From positions 22,134,001 to 22,198,000 of the forward strand of contig OZ024766.1 of NCBI GenBank assembly GCA_964016885.1: 64,000 bases of DNA. Direction: 5' to 3'. Numbering within the stretch: the first letter of the stretch is position 1; every line of letters starts with the position of its first letter. Shown piece by piece: positions 1 through 16,204 of this stretch. A program made the translations under genes and the position numbers. The notes below the pieces were generated by a model. It was not told where the DNA came from, did no database searches, and saw only the letters and a program-made list of their open reading frames with translations. The stretch comes from Eledone cirrhosa (taxonomy: Eukaryota).

Positions 1-20
1 CTGGACGAAAATTCCTCCCA

Positions 21-571
21 TAGATAGATATATTTCTTTATTAGCCACAGGGGCACAAAAGAAGGGGACAAATACAAAGGGGGAAGTTTACATACAATAA
101 AAACGTGTAAAATGTTATCACAAATGGAATTTAAAAAGTTAGTCGATTCTCCCCAATAGGGGGAGACAGTTCATATGGGTAACACATACCCCCGAAAAAA
201 AAGGTGCAACCCTCATCTCCAGGAGTACGAAGAGCTTGTACTCCTTTCCTCTCCTCCTCCTTTTCCTCAACCTACAGGCTGATATTGAGAGAAGGCCCAT
301 TCACTGGGGCCATTCTCGCCACTTTCACCCACCTTTCATAAAACTTGCTGGGGTACAGCACCCCTCTCTCCATCCTGATTCTTCTTCCAAAGTGGTATTT
401 GAAAAAAAGAATCAGTTGTTGGCCGGAGAGAAAGGTGTCTGACCTCAGCCCTTTCAACCTTGTCCACCATACAACCTCTTTCGCCATAGCTATCACACAA
501 AGGAAAACCGCCTCTCCTTCGTTTTTGAAGGAGGGTGGCGGTTTGATCATGACAATGTACTCGGTGGTCAT
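21..571 (-). mobile_element. 5'-truncated Tx1/L1-like LINE (ORF2 C-terminus + 3' UTR + AATAAA + (TATC)n tail)
   Basis: ORF 272-571 (TTEYIVMIKPPPSFKNEGEAVFLCVIAMAKEVVWWTR...) is nearly identical to the copy at 47977-48690, which carries a CPRC...HAFIHC zinc knuckle. AATAAA on - at 37-42 is followed by a TATC tail. The 5' junction lies in a TATC/TGTC microsatellite. Confidence 0.8.
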
Positions 572-626
572 AGATAGATAGACAGATAGACAGACAAACA
601 GACAGACAGCTGGTCATGTGACTTAC

Positions 627-683
627 CTGGTAGTTCAATGTAGCGTCCTTGCCTTTCTTTCATGCTATGTTGTGGGAATATGT
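627..683 (-). CDS. Internal 57-nt coding exon (phase 1-1) of an unidentified minus-strand gene: (D)IFPQHSMKERQGRYIELP
   Basis: Minus-strand polypyrimidine tract + CAG acceptor at 684-686 and GTAAGT donor at 626-621. Only one frame is open, and it matches the phase-1 end of the exon at 17518-17608. Confidence 0.6.
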
Positions 684-819
684 CTGGCGGAAGAGAACAA
701 AGATATAAAGAGTTAGTTGGCTCCTACAGGACTAGTACTGTTTCAGTGTAAGAGGGAATCATATGGTTAGATTGCTGGTGAATTTTATCACTAAATTGTA
801 TTACTAAATACTAACATAC

Positions 820-3980
<3,161 letters not shown>

Positions 3981-4289
3981 GGATGATGGCTGTCCCCCTC
4001 GTTATCGAGTATGGCCATTGCACAATATACCATTATTAATAATAATTAATTAATTCCATCGTGCAATGGCTGTGAGTAAAGATATGTTTTAAAGTGAGGA
4101 AAGACTGTGCACTGAGCCAGTCCCACTCTCTGAGAGACAGTAGCTATAACCCGAGAATAAGAAAAGATCAACATCATCGGTAACTACTGAGCCGCGGGTT
4201 TTATATCAGAGTTATCCCAGTTTCCTGAGCTGCCTTCTCCTAGAAGAATGCTCTGACAAAAGCGGGTTAAACCACTGGAGTGAAGGACA

Positions 4290-4328
<39 letters not shown>

Positions 4329-4332
<4 letters not shown>

Positions 4333-5000
4333 TCATCATCATCATCGTTTAACGTCCATCTTCCACGCATGCATGGGTTTGGACGGGAGTTTTCCCACTT
4401 GAGGCAAGAGTGGTTGTCTTGCTCGTATAGGACTGTCTGGCGGGTTTTTCTACGGCTGGATGCCCTTCCTAACACCAACCACGTTTACAGTGTGGGACTG
4501 GGAGGTTTTTACCGTGTTACCTACACGGCCACATTACAGCGTGGACTGTGTGTTTTATTGTCGTGACACCTACACGTCTAGCGGGTTTTCTACAGCTGGG
4601 TGCCCTTCCCAACACCAACCACGTTTACAGTGTGGGACTGGGAGGTTTTTACCGTGTTACCTACACGGCCACATTACAGCGTGGACTGTGTGTTTTTTTT
4701 TGTCGTGACACCTACACGTCTGGCGGGTTTTCTACGGCTAGGTGCCCTTCCTAACACCAACCATGTTTACAGTGTGAACTGGGAGGTTTTTACCGTGTTA
4801 CGTACACGGCCACATTACAGCGTGGACTGTGTGTTATTTTTGTCGTGACACCTACACGACCTCATTTGTTTCGGACTGGATTTTGTGACACCAACATAAC
4901 TTTACAGAGAAAGGGGGGTGGTGTGGATGGGTGGGGGTAGTGGGACGGGGGGTGTATTTTTGTTAGAGGTGCCTACTGACTGTAGTAGGTTCACTTTGTA
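4329..5000 (-). mobile_element. RTE-family 3' UTR / SINE-like fragment with ~3 copies of a 140-bp unit
   Basis: Reverse complement of 25090-26465, sharing the cctacta/cagtcagtaggcacctctaaca block, the 140-bp unit and the (ATG)n tail. Confidence 0.75.
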
Positions 5001-5154
5001 CTTAGGTAAGGCAAGTCTTCTGTATTACTGTATATATGTATATATATGAGCAAGGCATGGTCAGCCGACCAGACACTGCCCAAACAGGACAACCCGTCTA
5101 ACCCATGCTAGCGTGGAAGATAGACGTTAAACGATGATGATGATGATGATGATG

Positions 5155-5199
<45 letters not shown>

Positions 5200-5287
5200 A
5201 TATATATATATATATTATATATATATGTATATATATTTTACATGTGTGACTTGCTGTCAATGAAGTTATTCCTCTAAGTAGGTGTAG

Positions 5288-5685
5288 ATGGTGGTGGTGG
5301 TGGTAGTGGTGTGGTGTAGTGTTGGTGGTGGTGGCGGTGGTGATGTGGTGTAGTGTTGGTGGTGGTGGTGTGGTGTGGTGTAGTGTTGGTGGTGGTGGGG
5401 TAGGTGGTGATTAATGCAGGAAGTTAGAGTTAATTACTAGGTGTGTTGTGGTGGTAGTAGTAGTGGTAGTAGTAGCAGTAGTAGTAGTAGTGGTGGTAGT
5501 AGTGGTGGTAGTGGTAGTAGTAGTAGTGGTAGTAGTAGTAGTAGTGGTAGTAGTGGTGGTAGTAGTGGTGGTAGTGGTAGTAGTAGTAGTAGTGGTAGTA
5601 GTGGTAGTAGTAGTGGTGTGGTAGTGGTAGTGGTAGTAGCAGTAGCAGTAGTAGTAGTGGTGGTAGTAGTGGTGGTAGTAGTAGT

Positions 5686-5737
<52 letters not shown>

Positions 5738-5793
5738 TAGTAGTAGTGGTAGTAGTAGTAGTGGTAGTAGTAGTAGTGGTAGTAGTAGTAGTG

Positions 5794-5824
<31 letters not shown>

Positions 5825-5828
5825 GGTG

Positions 5829-5876
<48 letters not shown>

Positions 5877-5914
5877 TAGTAGTAGTAGTGGTAGTGGTGG
5901 TGGTAGTAGTAGTG

Positions 5915-5948
<34 letters not shown>

Positions 5949-5974
5949 CGGTGGTGGTTGGTAGTAGTAGTAGC

Positions 5975-6037
<63 letters not shown>

Positions 6038-6172
6038 AGTAGTAGTGGTAGTAGTAGTAGTAGTACTAGTAGTAGTAGTAGCAGTAGTAGTAGTAATAGT
6101 AGTAGTAGTGGTAGTAGTAGTAGTAGTTGTAGTAATAGTAGTAGTAGTGGTAGTAGTAGTGTTGGTGGTGGT
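5288..6172. repeat. (GGT)n/(GTA)n trinucleotide microsatellite
   Basis: Directly visible. Confidence 0.95.
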
Positions 6173-6661
6173 AATTAATTGTCTGCGGGGGTGGGTGGGT
6201 GGGCAGTAATGTTGCTAATTGTGTGGTATCAAGGTGTGGTGGTGGGGTTGGGGGAGGCAGTGGTAGTGTAGGGGGTGGTGAGTGTGGAGAGAGAGGTACT
6301 GTATAGTGGTGGTCCCCCTAGTAATTATGTTGAGGAAGTGGACAAGGATGGGCGTAAATGTATTTAGGGGTTTCCTGTATTATGTGTATATATATTATGT
6401 ACACACTCTCTGAGTATACTATATCACTAAATATATCCATATTAGTATACACACACACATATCTATATATATACACACCATATACCCCTCACTATACACA
6501 CATACTATATATATACACACTTATATATACACACACACACATATAGATTTATTATACACACACATATATATATATACACACACACATATATATCTATATA
6601 TACACATATATACACATATATATACACACACACATATATATATATATATACACATATATAT

Positions 6662-6692
<31 letters not shown>

Positions 6693-6785
6693 CACACACA
6701 CATATATATACACACACACATATATATATATATATACACATATATACACATATATATATACACACACACACATATATATATATAT

Positions 6786-6826
<41 letters not shown>

Positions 6827-7012
6827 TATATATATATAATATATATACACACACATATATATATATACACACACACACACATATATATATACACACATAT
6901 ATATACACACACACACATATATATATATATATACACACATATATATATATATACACACACATATATATATATACACACACATATATATATATACACACAC
7001 ATATATACACAC

Positions 7013-7049
<37 letters not shown>

Positions 7050-7235
7050 CATACACACGCACATATATATATAACAAAGGAAATGTGGTAAGGAACCAGA
7101 TGGACCATAACGCACCAAAGTACTCAATACTTAGGGTAGTAGAGTGGGTAATAGGAACAAGTATGACCCCCGATGGCAGAGCTCAAGCCGTTGAAACAGC
7201 TTGAGCTCTGGCGTCGGGGGTCATACTTGTTCCAA

Positions 7236-7274
<39 letters not shown>

Positions 7275-7431
7275 GTATGCAAAAGTTCTATTTAAAATTG
7301 TTGGGATACAGCAAGTAAATATTTTTATAACTGATATAAAGCACTCAACAAGATGACTTCCGGATGACTTCCAAAAACAATGGTTGCATTTTTAATAGGG
7401 TACGTCAAAGCTTATTTGTAAAACTGTTATA

Positions 7432-7505
7432 TATTGTATTTTGTCTGATGAAGGCATACCATAATTTAATTTGGTATCCCTGAAATATGTATAATGAAAT
7501 AAATA
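7432..7505 (+). ncRNA. Minimal type I hammerhead ribozyme motif (AT-rich family A)
   Basis: Stem I tattttgt/atgaaata; CTGATGA 7445-7451; stem II agg..atacca/tggtat..cct; GAAA 7482-7485; short stem III (ATA-TG-TAT); predicted AUA cleavage after 7493. Confidence 0.65.
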
Positions 7506-7569
7506 TGGTTTTATAAATATAGTTTCCATTTATTAATATCTTATATATATATATGTATATATATATATA

Positions 7570-8887
7570 AAAGCACCCAGTCCATACTGTAAATGTGGTA
7601 CCACAACATCCAATCCTAAATAAATGAGGTCGTGTAGGTGTCACGACAAAAAAACACCCAGTCCACACAGTAAAGTGGTCATGTAGGTGTCACGACAAAA
7701 AACACACAGTCCACACTGTAAAGTGGTCATGTAGGTGTCACGACAAAAAGCACCCAGTCCACACTGTAAATTGGTCATGTAGGTGTCACGACAAAAAACA
7801 CCCAGTCCACACTGTAAATTGGTCATGTAGGTGTCACGACAAAAAACACCCAGTCCACACTGTAAATTGGTCATGTAGGTGTCACGACAAAAAAACACCC
7901 AGTCCACACTGTAAAGTGGTCATGTAGGTGTCACGACAAAAAACACACAGTCCACACTGTAAAGTGGTCATGTAGGTGTCACGACAAAAAGCACCCAGTC
8001 CACACTGTAAATTGGTCATGTAGGTGTCACGACAAAAAACACACAGTCCACACTGTAAAGTGGTCATGTAGGTGTCACGACAAAAAACACACAGTCCACA
8101 CTGTAAAGTGGTCGTGTAGGTGTCACAACAAAAAGGTACCCAGTCCACACTGTAAAGTGGTCATGTAGGTGTCACAACAAAAAGTACCCAGTCCACACTG
8201 TAAAGTGGTCATGTAGGTGTCACAACAAAAAGGTACCCAGTCCACACTGTAAAGTGGTCATGTAGGTGTCACAACAAACAGTACCCAGTCCACACTGTAA
8301 AGTGGTCATGTAGGTGTCACAACAAAAAGTACCCAGTCCACACTGTAAAGTGGTCATGTAGGTGTCACGACAAAAAACACACAGTTCACACTGTAAAGTG
8401 GTCATGTATGTGTCACGACAAAAAACACACAGTTCACACTGTAAAGTGGTCATGTAGGTGTCACAACAAATAGTACCCAGTCCACACTGTAAAGTGGTCA
8501 TGTAGGTGTGACGACAAAAAGTACCCAGTCCACACTGTAAAGTGGTCATGTAGGTGTCACAACAAAAGACACCCAGTCCACACTGTAAAGTGGTCATGTC
8601 AGTGTCACAACAAAAGACACCCAGCCCACACTGTAAAGTGGTCATGTAGGTGTCACGACAAAAAACACACAGTCCACACTGTAAAGTGGTCATGTTGGTG
8701 TCACAACAAAAAACACACAGTCCACACTGTAAATGTGGTTGGTGTTAGGAAGGGCATCCAGCCGTAGAAAACCTGCCAAATAGTCCTATACGAGCGAGAC
8801 ACGGTCACCCGACCAACCTTGCCTCAAGTGGGACATTTCCTCGTTTAACCCATGCTGGCGTGGAAGATAGATGTTAAACGATGATGA
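7570..8887 (+). mobile_element. SINE/RTE 3'-end derivative with ~23 tandem copies of a 48-bp unit
   Basis: Unit cactgtaaagtggtcatgtaggtgtcacgacaaaaaacacacagtcca at ~7630-8730, then the family 3' end ggttggtgttaggaagggcatccagccgtagaaa...aacccatgc...gttaaacgatgatg. Confidence 0.8.
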
Positions 8888-8904
8888 AATATACCCTAGT
8901 TAGT

Positions 8905-9075
8905 TGAGTGGTTAGAGAAGTGGATTCGCAATGGTCAGGTTGTGAGTTCGATTCCCGGACCGGGCGATGTGTTATGTCCTTGAGCAAGACACTTTATTTC
9001 AGGTTGCTCCTTCTACCTGGAGTTGCGACCGATAGATAGTATTAGCAATTGGAAAGACCAATGGAAACGTTGATT
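8905..9075 (+). mobile_element. tRNA-derived SINE head (A/B boxes + ccttgagcaagacacttt core)
   Basis: agtggttagag A-box, gagttcgattccc B-box; the homologous reverse copy is at 34600-34740. Confidence 0.75.
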
Positions 9076-9080
9076 CCTCG

Positions 9081-10475
9081 GACATGGGCAGCAACTGCAG
9101 AGGATATGCGATGGCTGGAGAGAAATAAAACAAGCATGCTCTGTTGGATGTGCAGTGTAAATGTGTGTGAACGACCAAGCATGGATGTGTTGAGAGAGAA
9201 ACTGTGTCTGAGAGGGATAAGTTGTGGTGTGTGGGAGAGAAGACTGAGGTGGTATGGACATGTGATGTGTTGAGAGAGAAACTGGGTATAAGAGGGATAA
9301 GTTGTGGTGTGTGGGAGAGGAGACTGAGGTGGTATGGACATGTGATGTGTTGAGAGAGAAACTGTGTATAAGAGGGATAAGTTGTGGTGTGTGGGAGAGA
9401 AGACTGAGGTGGTATGGACATGTGATGTGTTGAGAGAGAAACTGGGTATAAGAGGGATAAGTTGTGGTGTGTGGGAGAGAAGACTGAGGTGGTATGGACA
9501 TGTGATGTGTTGAGAGAGAAACTGGGTATAAGAGGGATAAGTTGTGGTGTGTGGGAGAGAAGACTGAGATGGTATGGACATGTGATGTGTTGAGAGAGAA
9601 ACTGGGTATAAGAGGGATAAGTTGTAGTGTGTGGGAGAGGAGACTGGGATGGTATGGACATGTGATGTGTTGAGAGAGAAACTGTGTATAAGAGGGATAA
9701 GTTGTAGTGTGTGGGAGAGAAGACTGAGATGGTATGGACATGTGATGTGTTGAGAGAGAAACTGGGTATAAGAGGGATAAGTTGTGGTGTGTGGGAGAGA
9801 AGACTGAGGTGGTATGGACATGTGATGTGTTGAGAGAGAAACTGGGTATAAGAGGGATAAGTTGTGGTGTGTGGGAGAGAAGACTGAGGTGGTATGGACA
9901 TGTGATGTGTTGAGAGAGAAACTGGGTATAAGAGGGATAAGTTGTGGTGTGTGGGAGAGAAGACTGAGGTGGTATGGACATGTGATGTGTTGAGAGAGAA
10001 ACTGGGTATAAGAGGGATAAGTTGTGGTGTGTGGGAGAGAAGACTGAGGTGGTATGGACATGTGATGTGTTGAGAGAGAAACTGGGTATAAGAGGGATAA
10101 GTTGTGGTGTGTGGGAGAGAAGACTGAGATGGCATGGACATGTGATGAGTTGAGAGAGAAACTGTGTATAAGATGGATAAGTTGTAGTGTGTGGGAGAGA
10201 AGACTGAGGTGGTATGGACATGTGATGCACATGGAGGAAGACTGCTGGGTAAAGAAGTGCCAAGAAATGCCAGTAGAAGGAAGACGTGGTAGAGGTAGAC
10301 CACGAAAAACATGGGCGGAGGTGGTGAGAGCAGACCTCAGATCGCTGAAGCTCACGGAGGAGATGACGAAGGACCGTGACAAGTGGAGAGATGCTGTGCT
10401 GAATAGGACCCATCCCACCCTTGCAAGCAGGGAAAAGCGGATGTAAAATTATGATGATGATGATGATGATGATGA
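9081..10475 (+). mobile_element. RTE-clade LINE 3' fragment with an internal 80-bp tandem array (~13 copies, 9186-10225)
   Basis: TWAATAEDMR.LERN...MLCWMC...RRLRWYGHVM...GRRGRGRPRKTW is the RTE ORF C-terminus; (ATG)n tail. Confidence 0.9.
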
Positions 10476-10659
10476 TATATATATATATATACCCTATGTA
10501 GGTGTATAGGAATTTCATTATAGGATTTTATACACATGCTTCTTTGAAAAAATCTTTCAAGGAAGTATTAAACAGTCTTTTGTACTGCGTTTATTATAAT
10601 AAATTACTGTATTTTGACCTTTTTAACTTCTTTTAACTTCTTTGTGAAAAATATAACTT

Positions 10660-10702
<43 letters not shown>

Positions 10703-10775
10703 CATACACATATATACATATATATATATAAAGTGATATATATATATATATATATACATACATACATATATATAT

Positions 10776-10897
<122 letters not shown>

Positions 10898-11003
10898 ATA
10901 TATATATATATACATAATATACACAATTCTCTCCTAGTTTGGATGTCATTGCAGGAAGCTAAGCACCGCATGCTTGAGAATCAATGTATTTATATATATA
11001 TAT

Positions 11004-11036
<33 letters not shown>

Positions 11037-11299
11037 CATACATAAATACATACCTACATACATACAAATATATATATATATATATATATAAATATATACA
11101 TATATATACACATACAAAGATACAAATATATATATAGAGACATATAAATATATATACATACAAATATATAAATATATATACATATGTATATATATATATT
11201 TATATACACCACTTATTGTGTTTACACTTAGTTAAGTTTGGTGGTTTAGCGCTAGGTACTTGACTGTTTTTGTTTATTCCCTGGTGACTGATATAATAA

Positions 11300-11418
11300 T
11301 TGTTTCTACTTTAGGCACAAGGCCAGCAATTACCCCCAATGTATTACTGGTACTTTATTTTATCGACCCTGTAAGGAAGAAAGGCAAAGTTAACCTCGAC
11401 GGGATTTGAACTCAGATT
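11300..11418 (-). mobile_element. tRNA-derived SINE (second family)
   Basis: Reverse complement of 36085-36200 (ctgagttcaaatccc.ccgaggtt.actttgc...ggtcgataaaataaagtaccagt). Confidence 0.75.
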
Positions 11419-11429
11419 ATATTTATAAT

Positions 11430-13411
11430 TATAATTATAATAAAAATGATAATAATTAAATTATTGTGTACAGTGCTCAGGTGCACTACAACTCAACAAA
11501 GGTGCATGTATAGTACGTAGAATAATGTACAAATGTCAGGAAAGTGAACAGTGTATGAGTCATGGTATACATGTGTGTGTGTATAGAGGATATCAGGTGT
11601 AGTGTTGGCGAATCTCAGGAAGCATGGAGGTTTTAAAGGATGCAGTGTCTCGACAGCTAACAACTGATGCAGGTAGTTTGTTCCATGGAGGTTTTAAAGG
11701 ATGCAGTGTCCCGACAGCTAACAACTGATGCAGGTAGTTTGTTCCATGGAGGTTTGAAAGGATGTAGTGTTTCGACAGCTAACAACTGATGCAGGTAGTT
11801 TGTTCCATGGAGGTTTTAAAGGATGCAGTGTCCCGACAGCTAACAACTGATGCAGGTAGTTTGTTCCATGGAGGTTTGAAAGGATGTAGTGTTTCGACAG
11901 CTAACAACTGATGCAGGTAGTTTGTTCCAAGGAGGTTTTAAAGGATACAGTGTCTCGACAGCTAACAACTGATGCAGGTAGTTTGTTCCATGGAGGTTTT
12001 AAAGGATGCAGTGTCTCGACAGCTAACAACTGATGCAGGCAGTTTGTTCCAAGGAGGTTTTAAAGGATGCAGTGTCTCGACAGCTAACAACTGATGCAGG
12101 GAGTTTGTTCCATGGAGGTTTTAAAGGATGCAGTGTCTCGACAGCTAACAACTGATGCAGGCAGTTTGTTCCATGGAGGTTTTAAAGGATGCAGTGTCTC
12201 GGCAGCTAACAACTGATCCAGGTAGTTTGTTCCAAGGAGGTTTTAAAGGATGCAGTGTCTCGACAGCTAACAACTGATGCAGGTAGTTTGTTCCAAGGAG
12301 GTTTTAAAGGATGCAGTGTCTCAACAGCTAACAACTGATGCAGGTAGTTTGTTCCATGGAGGTTTTAAAGGATGCAGTGTCTCGACAGCTAACAACTGAT
12401 GCAGGTAGTTTGTTCCATGGAGGTTTTAAAGGATGCAGTGACTCGACAGCTAACAACTGATGCAGGCAGTTTGTTCCATGGAGGTTTTAAAGGATGCAGT
12501 GTCTCGACAGCTGACAACTGATGCAGGTAGTTTGTTCCATGGAGGTTTTAAAGGATGCAGTGTCTCGACAGCTAACAACTGATGCAGGTAGTTTGTTCCA
12601 TGGAGGTTTTAAAGGATGCAGTGTCTCGACAGCTAACAACTGATGCAGGTAGTTTGTTCCATGGAGGTTTTAAAGGATGCAGTGTCTCGACAGCTGACAA
12701 CTGATGCAGGTAGTTTGTTCCATGGAGGTTTTAAAGGATGCAGTGTCTCGACAGCTGACAACTGATGCAGGTAGTTTGTTCCATGGAGGTTTTAAAGGAT
12801 GCAGTGTCTCGACAGCTAACAACTGATGCTGGTAGTTTGTTCCATGGAGGTTTTAAAGGATGCAGTGTCTCGACAGCTGACAACTGATGCAGGTAGTTTG
12901 TTCCATGGAGGTTTTAAAGGATGCAGTGTCTCGACAGCTAACAACTGATGCTGGTAGTTTGTTCCATGGAGGTTTTAAAGGATGCAGTGTCTCGACAGCT
13001 AACAACTGATGCAGGTAGTTTGTTCCATGGAGGTTTTAAAGGATGCAGTGTCTCGACAGCTAACAACTGATGCAGGCAGTTTGTTCCATGGAGGTTTTAA
13101 AGGATGCAGTGTCTCGACAGCTGACAACTGATGCAGGTAGTTTGTTCCATGGAGGTTTTAAAGGATGCAGTGTCTCGACAGCTAACAACTGATGCAGGTA
13201 GTTTGTTCCATGGAGGTTTTAAAGGATGCAGTGTCTCGACAGCTAACAACTGATGCAGGTAGTTTGTTCCATGGAGGTTTTAAAGGATGCAGTGTCTCGA
13301 CAGCTGACAACTGATGCAGGTAGTTTGTTCCATGGAGGTTTTAAAGGATGCAGTGTCTCGACAGCTAACAACTGATGCAGGGAGTTTGTTCCATGGAGGT
13401 TTTAAAGGATG
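11430..13411 (-). mobile_element. CR1/L2-like LINE 3' end with a 61-bp tandem array (~29 copies, 11623-13411)
   Basis: The unit on - encodes WNKLPASVVSCRDTASFKTS (the WNxLP...FK C-terminal motif of CR1/L2-type ORF2), followed by MLPEIRQHYT*, a 3' UTR and an (ATT)n-like tail. Confidence 0.8.
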
Positions 13412-13575
13412 CCGCTAAGTCCTGCATCTCCAAGAGACCAGTGTCTGTTCTTAGGGCATCAACATATGTCAACCTTGGTATCCCTCTTCCAGTGTGTCCA
13501 TGTAGGGGCTCCCACAGGAGCATTGAGTGCAGTGTCAACTTGGAATGTCGGTGAGCATGTCCAGGTGACCTCTTA
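13412..13575 (-). mobile_element. RTE-like LINE C-terminal fragment (third family)
   Basis: LLWEPLHGHTGRGIPRLTYVDALRTDTG; homologous to 34795-34992. Confidence 0.7.
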
Positions 13576-13921
13576 AAGTGTATATATATATATATGCACA
13601 CACTCATACATATATATATATACATATATATATATACATATACACACACGCACACACACATATATATATATGCACTTACTCATACATATATGTACACATA
13701 TATGTATATATATACATATACACATACATATATATATATATGCACATACTAATACATATATGTACACACATATATACATATACACACACATATATATATA
13801 TACATATACACATATATATATATATATATAAATATATATATGCACATACACATACATAGATACTTACACATGCATATATACTTATACATATACACATACA
13901 TGCATATATATATACACATGA

Positions 13922-13952
<31 letters not shown>

Positions 13953-14157
13953 TGAATATATATATATATACATACACACACATGAATATACATATATATA
14001 TATACACACACATGAATATATATATATATACATATATATACACACATGAATATATATATATATACACACACATGAATATATATATATATACACACACATG
14101 AATATATATACATATACACACACACATGAATATATATATATATATACACACACATGA

Positions 14158-14188
<31 letters not shown>

Positions 14189-14504
14189 CACATGAATATA
14201 TATATATATATATATATATACATACACATGAATATATATATATACATACACACACGTGCCTAGTAGTCTAGTTGCACTTTATGTTATATAAATAAATATA
14301 GAGTAAGCGATGTGAAACAAACCCCCCATGTTAGAAATAACTGCTACACCCTTCTCAAATTACACCTTATTCCCTTATACAGGGAAGGACACACAGAAAA
14401 TTGGAGCACAAGAAAAAGAGAGGAAGATACTCTACTATCCTAGCATTGAGTACTTTGTTTAATAATTACCTTACTAGTTTAATGGAGGTCCTATCTTGAT
14501 ATAT

Positions 14505-15454
14505 AATAATTATAATAGTAGTGAAATTATTGTGTATAGTGCTCAGGTGCACTACAACTCATCAAAGGTGCATGTATAGTACATAGAATAATGTACAAAT
14601 ATCAGGGAAGGGAACAGTGTATGAGTCATGGTATACATGTGTGTGTGTGTGTGTGTGTATGGAAGAGGAATATCTGGTGTAGTGTTGGTGAATTTCAGGA
14701 AGCATGGAGGTTTTAAAGGATGCAGTGTCTCGACAGCTATCAACTGATGCAGGTAGTTTGTTCCATGGAGGTTTTAAAGGATGCAGTGTCTCGACAGCTG
14801 ACAACTGATGCAGGTAGTTTGTTCCATGGAGGTTTTAAAGGATGCAGTGTCTCGACAGCTAACAACTGATGCAGGTAGTTTGTTCCATGGAGGTTTTAAA
14901 GGATGCAGTGTCTCGACAGCTGACAACTGATGCAGGTAGTTTGTTCCATGGAGGTTTTAAAGGATGCAGTGTCTCGACAGCTAACAACTGATGCAGGTAG
15001 TTTGTTCCATGGAGGTTTTAAAGGATGCAGTGTCTCGACAGCTAACAACTGATGCAGGTAGTTTGTTCCATGGAGGTTTTAAAGGATGCAGTGTCTCGAC
15101 AGCTGACAACTGATGCAGGTAGTTTGTTCCATGGAGGTTTTAAAGGATGCAGTGTCTCGACAGCTAACAACTGATGCAGGTAGTTTGTTCCATGGAGGTT
15201 TTAAAGGATGCAGTGTCTCGACAGCTAACAACTGATGCAGGTAGTTTGTTCCATGGAGGTTTTAAAGGATGCAGTGTCTCGACAGCTAACAACTGATGCA
15301 GGTAGTTTGTTCCATGGAGGCCTTAAAGGATGCAGTGTCTCGACAGCTAACAACTGATGCAGGGAGTTTGTTCCATGGAGGTGTTAAAGGATGCAGTGTC
15401 TCGACAGCTAACAACTGATGCAGGGAGTTTGTTCCATGGAGGTTTTAAAGGATG
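14505..15454 (-). mobile_element. Second CR1/L2-like 3' end with a 61-bp array (~12 copies)
   Basis: Same 3' UTR and same unit as 11430-13411. Confidence 0.8.
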
Positions 15455-16204
15455 ACCAAAAGACAGATAGACAGATAGATAGATAGATAGATAGATAGGT
15501 ACAACAAAAGACTGGAGGGCACCTTAGGTAAGGTAGTCCTAGATACACTATGACTGAATAAAAGACAGGATGGCCACAGTTGGAACAGCTTTGATCATAG
15601 ATCTATCTACTAGACCAGGACTGACCTAGGGCTAAACAACAACAGCAACAACAATTACTCGGAAACAACGATAATATTCCAACCCACGTGAGAATATCTT
15701 ATCTAGTTCTCGTACCTACATGGTAAAGTCTTAGTCCCCTCCTCTGCGCCATTACACCATAGCGAGTACCACATCTATTACAAATTTCGAGAGAGCATCC
15801 CAGTCTTTTGAACTACACATTTAAAACTGATTTTTCTAATTAAATAAACTTCTAATTGATTAATTTATAAAGAATTTTAAGGGATTTATTAAAATTATTA
15901 ATTGTTTCATTACTAAGAAAGTAACTTAAAGTAGGTTCTTGTATAAAATTATGTTGGAAGATTTAAATTTAAATAGGAACCCTTTAAAATGTGGGGTTTT
16001 ATTTCATAGAACCAGGGGAGGTTTTGGCTGGGTTGGTTTCAAAAGGGTTAATGAAGAATTTTGAGGGTTTTTACAAAAATATTAATTATTTCATTACTAA
16101 GATAATAATTTGGAAGATTTTAATTTAAATAGGAACTCTGTATTTCAATTAATTAATGAAGAATTTTGAAAGATTGACCACAGAACGACCATTAAAGAAT
16201 ATTA

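Noticed and set aside
272-627. Possible in-frame fusion of the host exon to the Tx1 ORF2 fragment
   Set aside because: Read-through from exon 627-683 hits TGA at 570-568; the frames differ. The lin-54 exon 3 case is also out of frame.
8999-10518. 437-501 aa minus-strand ORFs (also 55031-56929)
   Set aside because: Stop-free antisense reading of the 80-bp RTE-derived tandem array.
11623-13411. Regular arrays resembling CRISPR (also 29043-29802, 57196-58110)
   Set aside because: Head-to-tail repeats with no unique spacers, no cas genes, and a eukaryotic context.
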